Source: Eledone cirrhosa
Lineage: Eukaryota
Assembly: GCA_964016885.1 (NCBI GenBank)
Contig: OZ024741.1
Span: 99,200,001 to 99,264,000, forward strand
Length of the DNA stretch: 64,000 nt
Direction of reading: 5' to 3'
The notes under the pieces: generated by a model
The model's database searches: none
Seen by the model: the letters and a program-made list of their open reading frames with translations, nothing else
What the model was told of the DNA's origin: nothing
Part shown: positions 1 to 15,934 of the stretch, one piece after another
Layout of the letters: each line of letters begins with the position of its first letter
How positions within the stretch are numbered: the first letter of the stretch is position 1
Program-made: the position numbers and the translations under genes

Positions 1-755
1 TTCCGATACTGCCAATCAACAACGAAAACAACAAAACACTGTAATTTCATCCGCTTCTACAGCGGCAACTCTTCAAATCTACTCTCGTGGAAGTTCAACT
101 CAAAACACTCCTAAATCACTCGCCTCAGTCCTCCTCCTTTCACCTATATATCAAGTTCATAATCCTATACCAGGTTCAAACATTCTACGTCCATTCCTTT
201 CACCCCACATGATTGACCCTCTGGAATTTCCTTCCTGTCCATGTTTTGGGGGTTTATTTTTTACTTGTAGACGGTGATTTACAGTTATTTAAGAAGAATA
301 TTTTGTAGCGTCGGTCTGGAATGGACCTTCGTCGGTTTGGACAATGAGTGTTTCAGTTGTACGCTACACAGGAATTTCCTACTCATGAAATGAACGTGTA
401 AGCATCTAAGCATTCTACAAACACCTGTATCGTTAACGTAATCACCAGGAAGAGTTCAATGTGATACTGTGTGAGAAAAAGCAGATCCTTTGAAATACAG
501 TACTTCGATCATCCCAGATGAAATAGATCTGAATTGTATAGTGTCAACTTGCTGTTGTGAGCGGTCTGCACATGTCACATTTTTAGCAGCGGTCAGCCAC
601 ACAACAAAAGAATAGCTCGCAAGAACAAAGCGCTCGGATTTTTCTACGTTCTTCATTTGAAAAAGAGGTTCTAACCTTGAAATATGAAATATTGAGTAAC
701 ACCTATTGTTTGTTCATCATTCATTCTCTACTCTACTCTATTCACACACGCATTA

Positions 756-2481
756 CACCGTGTAACATATTTTTTGTTCCCCGGTTCCAAGTGTCATTTC
801 CTGGTTTGTTATATCCCATTATTATTTTTTTTTAAATACTATTATTTAATCAGAAGTTTGGGTTTGTGGTCAGGAGTTTGATATTTCAAAATGTTCATAT
901 TTTTCAAGAAAAAACACATTTTCTTTTAATTTATCAGTTCATATAATTAAATCAACAGAGTATATATTTATTTTATTACACAAGCTTATCAAAAGCAACC
1001 AAGTAAAAACAAATAACACTTATAAAGCAACTTATACACGTCAGAAATTACTGGATTTCCTGGATTTGCGGTTGTAGTCCAGGTCGCATTCCCACACTAG
1101 CCCCCAGATATAGTCCCCCATCATTTTTTCATTGTAGAGGCCCTGGTACCTCCGCTCTATCTCTTTCACATCTTGGTGGAATCGTTCGCCTTGTTCTTCT
1201 GAGTAGGTGCCCATATTGTCCTTGAACTTTTCCAGGTGAGCGTCCAGCATATGGAGTTTAAGCGACATCCTGCATCCCATGGCGCCAAAAGCCTTTATCA
1301 GATCCTGAACCAGTTGCTGATAGTTTTCAGCTCTGTAGTTGCCCAGAAAGCCCCTAACAACTGCCTTGAAACAGTTCCATGCTGTTCTCTCAATCCTATT
1401 GAGCTTATTGGAGAACTCGGTAGACTCAAACACCTTCTTTATCTGAGGTCCAACAAAAATTCCACCTTTGATTTTGGCCTCAGATAACTTGGGGAAGAAT
1501 TCAAGAAGGTACTTAAAAGCGGCTGATTCTTGGTTGAGCGCCTTCACAAACTGCTTCATTAACCCCAACTTAATGTACAGTAGCGGCATGAACACAATCC
1601 TGGGATCAACCAGTGGCTCCCACATGACGTTCAGGGTCCCAACTGCAAATTCTGTTCGCTGCTCCCAGTTCTTTCTTTTGTAGTGGTCAGAGGTGGCTCT
1701 GCTGTCCCAAAGGCAGAGGAAGCATTGGAATTTGATAAAGCCTCCTTGGAGTCCAAGCAGGAAAGCCACTATCTTGAAGTCTCCAATGATTTCCCAATTG
1801 TACTGGTTGTATTGCAGAGCTTCCAAGAGGAATTTCGGGCAGACTGAATGAGCTAGGGGCAGTGTCAGGAACTTGTTTCCATTGTGGAGAAGGACAGCCT
1901 TCAAACTTGTGGTGGAGCTGTCTATAAATAGCCGCCACTCCTTGGGCACAAACGGCACGCAATAACGTCAAACAGACCAGGCACGTCATGGCAGAAGCAG
2001 AGGCCATCCCTAAGAGTGTAAAAGCCTGAGAAAGGTTCGTGTCGACTTCTCTGACTTGTCACCTGCACTTTCTCCTTGACCAAGTTCCACTGCTTCATCC
2101 TGGAGACGAATGCTTAAAACACAACTTACCCTTTATTCAGGTTGCGTAAATCCAGTATCAATAAATCTCTTTAATCCACTTTTTAACAATTTTATATTTT
2201 ATTGCACTTTTATAATTTTCTTTAGGTATTATTCTTTATTTTATAATTTTAATTTAACCTGAAACATATATAAAAAAAATCATTTAACATAAGCAAATTA
2301 AACTTACATATGACGTAAAATTCAGCATACAAATAATTCTAGTGAATAGCTTAGAATATTTACAAACCCAAACTTTTAACTGTTTAATAGCACTTTTTTA
2401 TTTATTTGGGACCTAAGCAACTTAAAAAAAAGTGATTACAAGCCAGGAACAGAGAAACAATTTTTTTTTTGTTACACGGTG
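756..2481 (-). mobile_element. Chapaev3-like (CMC/Transib-related) DNA transposon, internally deleted
   Basis: Terminal inverted repeats CACCGTGTAACA (756) / TGTTACACGGTG (ending 2481) flanked by TTA on both sides (753-755, 2482-2484). Subterminal motifs TTCCTGGYTTGT and AAGTTTGGGTTTGT occur inverted at both ends. A transposase ORF lies inside. CAC termini plus a TWA TSD match Chapaev3 as I recall it. Confidence 0.75.
1041..1958 (-). pseudogene. C-terminal catalytic region of a DDE transposase (Chapaev3-type), N-terminus lost
   Basis: Motifs WRLFIDSS, GDFK..CFLC, LKLHMLDAH and SEEQGERFHQD..ERRYQG. Upstream homology (SRMKQWNL, ~2080-2105) is broken by stops/deletions; possible minus-strand splice donor near 2125. 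Confidence 0.8.
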
Positions 2482-2482
2482 T

Positions 2483-2633
2483 TATCGGTAGAGAGTCGGA
2501 CGCCATGCTTTGCCCTTTACGGTATGGGTTCAAATCCCGCCGACTTTAACTTTGCCTTTCATCCTTACGCGGTCGATAAAATGAAGTACCAGTAATGCAC
2601 TGGGAAAATTTGTGCCAAACGGAGAAACAATTA
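2483..2633 (+). mobile_element. tRNA-derived SINE (dominant family), internally deleted
   Basis: B-box GGTTCAAATCC, central CTTTGCCTTTCATCCTT..GGTCGATAAAA..GTACCAG, tail GAAACAATTAT. Confidence 0.85.
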
Positions 2634-2767
2634 TATTTCCTATTCGCTTTTTACCGTCTAGCCTGACACTTTCTTAATTACACACCCATACACATATACA
2701 CACACATACACAGACATATATATATATACACACACATACACAAACACAACCACACGCACACGCACAC

Positions 2768-2879
<112 letters not shown>

Positions 2880-2913
2880 TTAAAAAACAACAACAATAGT
2901 AACAACACCAAAA

Positions 2914-3080
2914 TGGTTTCTGATTTAGACACAAGACCAACAATTTTGAGGAGGGGGAAATTCGATTAAATCGACCCCAGTGCGTTACTGGTACTTTTCT
3001 CTATCAACCCCTTAAGGATGAAAGTCTAAACTCGGCGAGATTTGATCTCATACAGTAATGGGCCATAAGTAAATGCCGCA
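2914..3080 (-). mobile_element. tRNA-derived SINE, diverged long variant
   Basis: Reverse-complement match to the family, including the TCGATTAAATCGA palindrome segment. Confidence 0.75.
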
Positions 3081-4111
3081 ATTAAAAAAACATGTGGAAG
3101 AAATACAGACAACAGAAGATTCGGAAGACACAAGCCCATGGATAATTCTCGCTCATCAGCTGTCTTCTGGGGATCATTAGAGTTTCAGTTGCTTTCACCA
3201 CCAATGTATCAATAGTATCCACGGAGTATCCACGGAGTATCAGCGAATAACTATTTACAATGAAAAAACAACGGACGTTGTACTAAGAAAGAAAAAGCAG
3301 ATATATCTACATACCGATATGGAACGGGAACATTGCTACAATCGAAAGCAACACCAATGTGGGTAGGCACCCGTAGTAGAAATATATATATATATATATA
3401 TAAATAACACCCACCTAGTTTTATGTCTGCCTTATACTTGGATTTTGGTCCTCTGTTGTATATATATATGCACTTGTGCGTACATATACATCTGTATGGA
3501 TTTGTGTATGTAGATGTGTGTGTGTCTGAGGGGGTAGGTGTGAGTGTATGTACAAGTCAACCAACATAAGTCTTTTTATTTCTAAATTTTCTAAACTATC
3601 TAAGTATTTGACTCTAACCATTATTTTAAGTATTACCACCCCACATTAATTCCTCAATTTGTATGTGTGGATGTGTGTGTGTGTGTGTCTGTGGAGGTGG
3701 GTGTCAGTGTACGTGCAAGCCAACCTACATAAGTATTTTTATTTGTAAATGTTCTACTCTAACCATAATTTTCAGTAGCACCACTCCACATAAATTCCTC
3801 AATTTAAGAATGACCTGTAGTATCTATTTCATACTATTAACCTTAATTGGATATATATCTGACCAGGAATGCTTTTTGTGAAAATCAGTCATATGGAACT
3901 ATTGTCATCTTGCCTGACGGTTTGAACTTTACAACACCACCTGCCTCTTTGAGGTCAAATACCAACCCTACTAGCATCTACAAACTGACCAGTGAGAATT
4001 AAGACTATTCCTGCTTACAACATTAAATTATTCCTAACAAGCGCATATGTTCCAAGGCTCTGATACCATCAACACTATAAACACAGAGCTGGCATATCTA
4101 AGAACTGACGA

Positions 4112-4167
4112 ACTGCCTGATGAGGTCATAGCCATTAAATGGCTATCATCGAAATATATATAGCAGT
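4112..4167 (+). ncRNA. Type I hammerhead ribozyme (PLE/retrozyme-type)
   Basis: ACTGC-CTGATGA-stem II (ATAGCCA/TGGCTAT)-GAAA-palindromic TATATA-TA-GCAGT; AATAAA directly after, (TA)n about 45 nt downstream. Confidence 0.8.
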
Positions 4168-4208
4168 AAATAAAGGATTATGAGTTCATGCAATTGACTT
4201 ATGTTTCG

Positions 4209-4339
<131 letters not shown>

Positions 4340-4569
4340 ATATACCCACAGGTACTAAGTACCTACGGAAATATATAAGGTGCATATAATACATTTGTTG
4401 TTCAATGGTACTAATTTGAGATACCAGAACTATAAAAATGAGATGAGCTGAACAAGCAAGCATTAAACAATATATACACATACATGTGGGTGTCTGTGTA
4501 TGTGTATGTAGGTGCACATACATATGGTAGGGATTGTTTGTGAGTATGTTGTGTGCATGTGCATACACA

Positions 4570-4654
<85 letters not shown>

Positions 4655-5485
4655 ATATGTGTGTATGTGTGTATGTGTCTTTGGAAGAGTGTCTGTCTGT
4701 GTGCCTCTCTATAAGGACAGGCGTGTATGTGTGCGTGTGTGTGTCTATGTATATGTGTGTACGTGTTTGTGTATATGAGCAAATGTACTCGTACGCAGCT
4801 ATGTGTCCTTGTATGCGTGTACGTGCGTGTGGGTGTGTGTGCGCGTGTGCGTACGTGTGAGAGCGAATGTACGAGGCTATATAGGCAGGCGCCTGTAGAC
4901 GTGTATGTTGGTATGTATATGGTCGTGGGCGTGAGTGGGTGTGTGTGTGAGAGAGAGTGTGTATGCATATGTATGCGGGTGTATATTCGTACATATGTGT
5001 GTGTACATATGTGTATGCGTATATATGTACGTGTGCGCGTGTGTGTGTATGTGTATGTGTATATATGTGTGGGTATATATGTGTGTGTGAGATACCAAAC
5101 CAGGATGAGTCCATTGAAGTGTGTCGGACGGAGAGTAGATGATGGCCAGTTTGGCAGCAAATATTGACCAGAATTTATGATGACGTAGAAAAACAACAGC
5201 CAAGAGGAAGATATTTTTTGAAGCTAACACCCCAGTGAGAAAGTTTGTTCCGAAAGTATTGCATGTGTCCGAAGAATCTGCAGATCTAGAATCAGACTGA
5301 TCCATACAATGATCCTGTCTCGAGCTATCTGTCGGCGAAACAATTGTAACACACAATAAATTGAGTCCAGATGCATCACTGATTTTTCGTTTTATATTAT
5401 ATCACACTCTGCTCTGTAAGAACATAGAGTGCTCAACTAGCATACCGCCTATGGAAGCATCATAGCTACCATTAAATACACACAA

Positions 5486-5592
<107 letters not shown>

Positions 5593-6064
5593 GAGAAGAA
5601 AGAAGAATACTGCGTGGTTGCACATGGGTTACATATGATAAAAATAGTCCTTCGTCAGTGATTTTCCAACCATCATTGGTATTTCATCGCATTAAAAATC
5701 ATATACCTCAGGTTGGTGTGAGCAATAACTAAAAAAAGTTATTGGGACCAGTAAATCGCGTAAAGCGAGGGGGACAAGTAAACAACATAGAAGGATAAAA
5801 GCAAACCAAAGATAGGAAAATAAACAAGCAACATGGTTGTCCGGTCAGCATAAGCTGGGTGGATTTCATGAGCGAGAGAGGCACAGACCGTCCGACGTGA
5901 GTGAGATGTAAGACCCACTACAAGCCAAACGGGAGGAAGTGAGAAGGGGAGAAACAGAGAGTGAGTGAGTGGAAGTGCGAGGAAGAGGTCAGTCGAGAGA
6001 AATGTAACTGACAGAGGGGACAAAAGAAGGTGAGAGAAACAGAGAGAATATATATATATGTGTC

Positions 6065-6112
<48 letters not shown>

Positions 6113-6249
6113 TCGACAGTCACTCGACTTTCGTCCAATCGGACCAAGGAAACCATGTTTCCATTGGTCTTTCCAATTGCTAATACTATCTATCGGTCGC
6201 AAATCCAGGTAGAAGGAGCAACGTGAAATAAATATATATATAGATATAG

Positions 6250-6341
<92 letters not shown>

Positions 6342-6547
6342 ACTTCATTATTGTAATTATACTCCGGAGTAAACAGACCTATTTGTATACGTTGTGAGTT
6401 CTATCTTACATACAATAGCTTCGGTGATTAACTAACACATACTTTAACAAATATATATATATGTGTGTGTGTGCATGTGTGTGCGTGTGTGTGTGAGAGA
6501 GAGAGGGGGAGAGTGAGAGTGTGTGTGTGTGTGTGTGTGTGTGTATA

Positions 6548-6846
6548 AGAGAATAGGCTGAAAAGTTCATAGGCTAATTATGAAAGAAAGATGCTAGTGC
6601 TGTGAAATCTTGCATGCTTCGTCCCTTTGCGGACTGAGTTCAAATCCCGCCGAGGTTAACTTTGACTTTCATCCTTACGGGGTCGATAAAATAAAGTACC
6701 AGTAATACACTGGGATAATTGCTGGCTTTGTGCCAAAAGTAGAAACAATTAATTTCAACTCTGCGACTATGTTAAAAAGATAAATCTCATTTGGTCATTC
6801 CATGAGAGTATCTTGGTCAGCCTATGAACTTTTCAGCCGACACTCA
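6548..6846. mobile_element. Mariner-like MITE interrupted by a SINE
   Basis: Inverted termini GGCTGAAAAGTTCATAGGCT / AGCCTATGAACTTTTCAGCC with TA flanks; a 5'-truncated SINE is inserted at ~6617-6752. Confidence 0.7.
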
Positions 6847-6989
6847 TAAATACAACAAATGTCCAACACAGCCACAATGGAAAACTGATGATGGTGATGA
6901 TGATGATGATGAGGAGGAGGAGGAGGAGGAGGAGGAGGAGGAGGAGGATGTTGTCGATGAGCGGTTTGTGGTGATAATGATAATGATAC

Positions 6990-8635
<1,646 letters not shown>

Positions 8636-9341
8636 AGACATATTTGTATACATACAATGATTATATGCATGTATACATATGTGTCTTAGTGCATATGCAT
8701 AAGTGTGAGACGACTTCTATTCCCTAAGCAGTGATACCTACTTAATCCTAAAAGGCGGGATTTCATGAAAGACATAAAAATATTGCTGTTTACGCTAATA
8801 TTTTTTATTTAATGTTTGTGATATTTTGACAATTTATTATTTAAATGTATTATATAGGTCTATATGTAGGTGGATGTATATATATATATATGGTGGTGGT
8901 TGCCAACTCGTTTTCGAGTACGGCCACTACTTTATATCCATGTAGGAGAACCCCTACCGATGCGCTGAACGAGTGTGACTTTTTAGTCCAGCCAGCGACT
9001 TGAAAACTCTGGTACAAACACTACACTTGTGACAATTACTGACACATAGTGCTAGGCCCATGGTACCATGTGATGACAAGTGCAGAGAGATCTTCAGATA
9101 TAAAGCAATGCCTGTGCCGTGAAGCTTTTATAGTGATCAAAGGCACTGCACAAAGCCAGTCCCACTCTCTTAACCAAGATGATATTTACCAAAAAGAAGA
9201 ACAAGTCAACATCATTGGATACCTTCAGGGTTGCAGGTGTTATATCAGAGTTTTCCTTCTCCTAGAATTCTGCCTTCACAAAGGCTAAGGGGTCATCTCT
9301 CTCATATATATATATATGTACATACATATATATATATATAT

Positions 9342-9447
<106 letters not shown>

Positions 9448-9494
9448 ATCTCTTTCTCTATATATATGTATGTGTGTACGTATAGAAAGGTATG

Positions 9495-10370
<876 letters not shown>

Positions 10371-10426
10371 ATATATATATATATAAACATATATATATAA
10401 AAGTATATATATATATGTTTATATAT

Positions 10427-10488
<62 letters not shown>

Positions 10489-10549
10489 ATCTATACGTAC
10501 ACACATACATATATATATAGAGAGAGAGATAGAGAGAAAGAGAGAGAGA

Positions 10550-10624
<75 letters not shown>

Positions 10625-10985
10625 TGGCAAGAGAAAAGCAACATAAAAGACAAGGGAAAAAGTAAGTCTTTTCTGGTCAGTCAACCTCTGGAAATCTCTA
10701 TAGTTTCAGTGCATTAAGATAACTGTCAGCTCGCTATAGATTATGACTACTGTTTGAATTCTTATATTCCTTTAAAGATGCAGTACCTTCCCGTCAAGGA
10801 CTATAAGGTTGACAAATCACTTACACCAACATGGCAAAATCAAGCTAAAACGTCGTGGACACCAAGAAAATGGGAGATGCAGCTGTATTACCAACTAGAT
10901 TACACTAACCCTTGCCGCCTTCTGTGTGATCTCATGAGTAAGAGAACTTCGAAAGTGCTGGTATTTTATTATTGTATTGCCTCGT

Positions 10986-11202
10986 AGATTGGCAGTAATC
11001 GGTAGAGCGTCGGACAACATGCTTTGCAGTATTTAGTTACGGCCCTTTACGTTCTGAGTTCAAATCCCGCTGAGGTTAGCTTTGTCTTTCATCCTTAAGG
11101 AGTCGATAAAATAAAGTACCACTAAGCACTGGGGTCGATTTAATCGACTTTCCCCTCCCCTTCAAATTGCTGGCCTTGTGCCTAAAATAGAGACAATTAT
11201 TG
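10986..11202 (+). mobile_element. Full-length tRNA-derived SINE (long variant) with TSD
   Basis: A-box-like TGGCAGTAATCGGTAG, B-box GAGTTCAAATC, family body; flanked by ATTATTGTATTRCCT direct repeats. Confidence 0.9.
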
Positions 11203-11530
11203 TATTACCTGTCATTCTCCGAACACTACATCTCTTGTTGGAAATATCCGGCGCAATATTTATCTATTTATCAACTTTCATAGCGACAAACGTTTCTTTA
11301 CCATGAATGCCCTTTTCTGAATAATTGGAGCTGATAAATCTAGCAGAATGTACATTTACGTCAAGATGATCAGAAAATATAAACACTGTAGTTTTCAAGC
11401 TAAGCACATAACCAATATGTCTCTAGTATCACCATTCTGATTCTGAAAAAGTCGTGAAAGCAACTAGTTTAAACTAGTTTAAACTAAGCATAAAGAACAC
11501 AATCCGAAAAATCTTTAATAAAAATGTATA

Positions 11531-11561
<31 letters not shown>

Positions 11562-11570
11562 TATGTAATG

Positions 11571-11659
<89 letters not shown>

Positions 11660-12257
11660 AAATGAAGTAATTCCGTCGGAAGTCCAGGAAAAAAGAGTGC
11701 TCTATGTAGGTAACAGAGCTTACATATATATATTAATTCAGCGAGAATCGCATTTCGGCCGGTAGAAAAAGCGAAAGGAAACGCAAAATCGCAGAAATGC
11801 TGGCAAGCGCTCCAATAGTTAAGGAAACTAGAGCTAAACAATATGTTAAAACGCCATACAAACTGAAAAAGTTGTCAAGAAGGCATTAACCACCTAAGCC
11901 AAAAAACAAATCAAGCTAAACAGGTCAAACAAAATAAATGATAAAAACAGACCTGGACCCAAATGGAATTAATGGTAAAATCCAAATACAGGGTTTCTAT
12001 GACACCTAAATCAATAATACTGTCTGCTTAAAACTATAAGCGTTTAGCATAAAGAACGAACAAGGAATATTACGTTATCAACAGGTATTTTGCTCTGTAA
12101 CCAACTTTGTGAATGAAACAGAACTTTGTAAAAGCACATGTGTAACTCACAAGGGGAAATTCCCCAGATTTTGGCAAATGAATTCAGTATGTGTATATCA
12201 TACAAAAAATTGCATAGATATATGTATACATACATATTTAAATATATATATATACAT

Positions 12258-12359
<102 letters not shown>

Positions 12360-12372
12360 GTATGTATACATG

Positions 12373-12450
<78 letters not shown>

Positions 12451-12463
12451 TATACATATACAT

Positions 12464-12522
<59 letters not shown>

Positions 12523-12525
12523 CAT

Positions 12526-12559
<34 letters not shown>

Positions 12560-12574
12560 ACATATATATATATG

Positions 12575-12624
<50 letters not shown>

Positions 12625-12642
12625 CATATATATATATATATT

Positions 12643-12699
<57 letters not shown>

Positions 12700-13077
12700 A
12701 CGAAGGAAATGTGGTAAGGAACCAGGTGGACCATAACGCACCAAAGTACTCAATACTTGAGGTAGTAGAGTGGGTAATAGGAACCAGTAAGACCCCGGGT
12801 CTTACTGGTTCCTATATATATATAGAGAGAGAGAGAGAGAATTAGTACATCTACCAACATATGTGTACAGATGTACACTCATGCTAGCAAATATATAAGT
12901 TATGTCTTAGTACCGATGTGGTTCTATGCAGGGGGTGCAGAACAATTATATGAAAGACGTAAAATTTTTTCAGTGCTCCGAATTTAGTCCTCGCTAGCTT
13001 TATTTCATCCACTGAATTATTATTTTTATATGGGTTCCTAGTGTCCGCGCATTGCCTGGGAATTTAGCTGAGAATAG

Positions 13078-13159
13078 ACTCCCTGATGACGTAATGAATT
13101 CTCTATAGTTATATTATGTAACTATATTTATCCCATTACAGAAACTAATTAGTTGGAGT
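13078..13159 (+). ncRNA. Type I hammerhead ribozyme
   Basis: ACTCC-CTGATGA-stem II (GTAATG/CATTAC)-GAAA-palindromic CTAATTAG-TT-GGAGT; the element (~12950-13217) is bounded by inverted ATGAAAGACGTAAAA and abuts (TA)n. Confidence 0.8.
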
Positions 13160-13211
13160 GAAAATTTTAGTAAGTTAATTTTTAATTTTTAAAATTTTCT
13201 TATTTTACGTC

Positions 13212-13297
<86 letters not shown>

Positions 13298-13782
13298 TAA
13301 ACGGAAAAAATGAAACGAAATTTCATTTCCCACTCTTAGTACGGCTGTTACTTAAATATAAGTATGTACACGTACATACATATATGTATACAGACGTACA
13401 GTAGTATGTATATATATATACATACATGCACACATATATATATGTACGGATGGATTCACCGAACATTTATATGTGTATATGTGAGTATATATACGTATCT
13501 GTAAAGATACGTTTATATATATGTGTATATATATATATATGAAATGCTTTTTTTCCTTTCTTCTTTCCTCTTTGAAACCATACACGACAACACACTTTAA
13601 CATTTAGTATGTTGTGCAACTAAGGCAGTTTGGAACAGCACATCACAATTATTAATGGACATTGTAGAGAAAACCCCCATGTTTGCACTAATATGTGATA
13701 AACACTTGTGATGTAGGTAATTACATTGATGGTCGAATGGATGTGATAGTAATGTGGGTAAATGTGGTGGTGATAGTGAGAG

Positions 13783-15310
13783 TGGTGGTGGTGGTGGTGA
13801 TAGTGGTGGTGATAGTGGTAGTGGTGGTGGTGGTGATGGTGGTGGTGGTGGTGGTGATAGTGGTAGTGGTGGTGGTGATAGTGGTGGTGGTGATAGTGGT
13901 GGTGGTGATGGTGGTGGTGGTGGTGGTGGTGATCGTGGTGGTGGTGGTGGTGATAGTGATAGTGGTGGTGGTGATAGTGGTGGTGGTGATGGTGGTGGTG
14001 GTGGTGGTGGTGATCGTGGTGATAGTGGTGGTGGTGATAGTGGTGGTGGTGGTGGTGATAGTGGTAGTGGTGGTGGTGATAGTGGTGGTGGTATTGGTGA
14101 TAGTGGTAGTGGTGGTGGTGATAGTGGTGGTGGTGGTGGTGATAGTGGTGGTGGTGGTGGTGATAGTGGTAGTGGTGGTGGTGATAGTGGTGGTGGTGAT
14201 AGTGGTGGTGGTGATGGTGGTGGTGATGGTGGTGGTGATCGTGGTGGTGGTGGTGGTGATAGTGATAGTGGTGGTGGTGATAGTGGTGGTGGTGATAGTG
14301 GTGGTGGTGGTGGTGGTGATCGTGGTGATAGTGGTGGTGGTGATAGTGGTGGTGGTGGTGGTGATAGTGGTAGTGGTGGTGGTGATAGTGGTGGTGGTAT
14401 TGGTGATAGTGGTAGTGGTGGTGGTGATAGTGGTGGTGGTGGTGGTGATAGTTGTGGTGGTGGTGGTGATAGTGGTAGTGGTGGTGGTGATAGTGGTGGT
14501 GGTGATGGTGGTGGTGGTGGTGGTGGTGATCGTGGTGATAGTGGTGGTGGTGATAGTGGTGGTGGTGGTGGTGATAGTGGTAGTGGTGGTGGTGATAGTG
14601 GTGGTGGTATTGGTGATAGTGGTAGTGGTGGTGGTGATAGTGGTGGTGGTGGTGGTGATAGTGGTGGTGGTGGTGGTGATAGTGGTAGTGGTGGTGGTGA
14701 TAGTGGTGGTGGTGGCGGTGATAGTGGTGGTGGTGGTGGTGATAGTGGTAGTGGTGATAGTGGTAGTGGTGGTGGTGATAGTGGTGGTGGTGGTGGTTGT
14801 GGTGGTAGTGGTGGCGGTGGGGGACTGGTACTGCTGTTGCTGGTGTTGTTGATACCTTGTGATGGTGGTGGTGGTGTGGTAGTTATAGTGGTGATGTTCC
14901 TGGAGGTTGTGGTAGTGGTGCTGGTGTGAAGGTTATGGCGGTGTCAATCGCAATAGTGATGAAGGAGTTGTTGTTGTTGGTGGTGGTGGTGGTGGTACTG
15001 ATGCTGCTGGTAGTTGTGGTGGTGCTGGTGGTGGTGGTGGTGGTGGTGGTACTGATGCTGCTGGTAGTTGTGGTGGTGGTGGTGGTGGTGGTGGTACTGA
15101 TGCTGCTGGTAGTTGTGGTGGTGGTGGTGGTGGTGGTGGTGCTGATGCTGCTGGTAGTTGTGGTGGTGGTGGTGGTGGTGCTGATGCTGCTGGTAGTTGT
15201 GGTGGTGGTGGTGGTGGTGCTGATGCTGCTGGTAGTTGTGGTAGTGGTGGTGGTACTGATGCTGCTGCTGGTAGTTGTGGTGGTGGTAGTGGTGGTGGTG
15301 GTAGTGGAGA
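13783..15310. repeat. (GGT)n-derived low-complexity/higher-order minisatellite
   Basis: GGT runs punctuated by GATAGT, then by CTGATGCTGCTGGTAGTT; multi-unit blocks are duplicated. Confidence 0.95.
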
Positions 15311-15934
15311 TGCTGCTGCTGTTGCTAGTGTGAATTCTAGAAGTGGGGGTAATGTTTATGATGGTGATGACAATGGTAGTGGTGATGATGGAGATGCTGA
15401 TGATGTCAGTAGTGTGAATACTTGTAGGTGTGGTAGCGGTTACGGTGGTAGTGTCAGTGGTGGGGGAGGGGTATAGTAGTGATAACCATGTTTGTATGTG
15501 TAGTAGTAATGGTGAAGATGGCTTTAGTGACGTAGCTGGTGTTGGTTGGGGAATATTGGTAGGTGTTGTAATAGATATGGCTGTTGTGTAGGTGGTGGTG
15601 GTGGTGGTGGCGGTGGTGGCGGTGGTGGCGGTGGTGGTGGTGGCGGCGGTAGTGGTGATGGAGGGGATGGGTTTGGTAGTGTTAGTAACGTTAGCAGGTG
15701 TGATAGTTGTGGTGAGGGGGAGAATGAAGATGGTAATAATGTTGATGCCAGTGAGAGTGGTGGTGTCGGTAGTAGTGGTAGTGGTTGTGATAGTGGTAAT
15801 AACCATAGTAGTAGTTTCATAGTGATGTTGGTGGTGGTAGTAATGGTTGTGCTGGTGGCACTTGTGGTTGAAATGTTTTTAGTGATGAGAGAAGTTTCAG
15901 GTAACGGTTGTACTGGTGATGCTTGTGGTTACTG

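Noticed and set aside
240-660. Possible mariner transposase remnant
   Set aside because: Similarity too weak to support by eye.
5600-5665. CTGACGA on the minus strand as a hammerhead
   Set aside because: No GAAA or stems.
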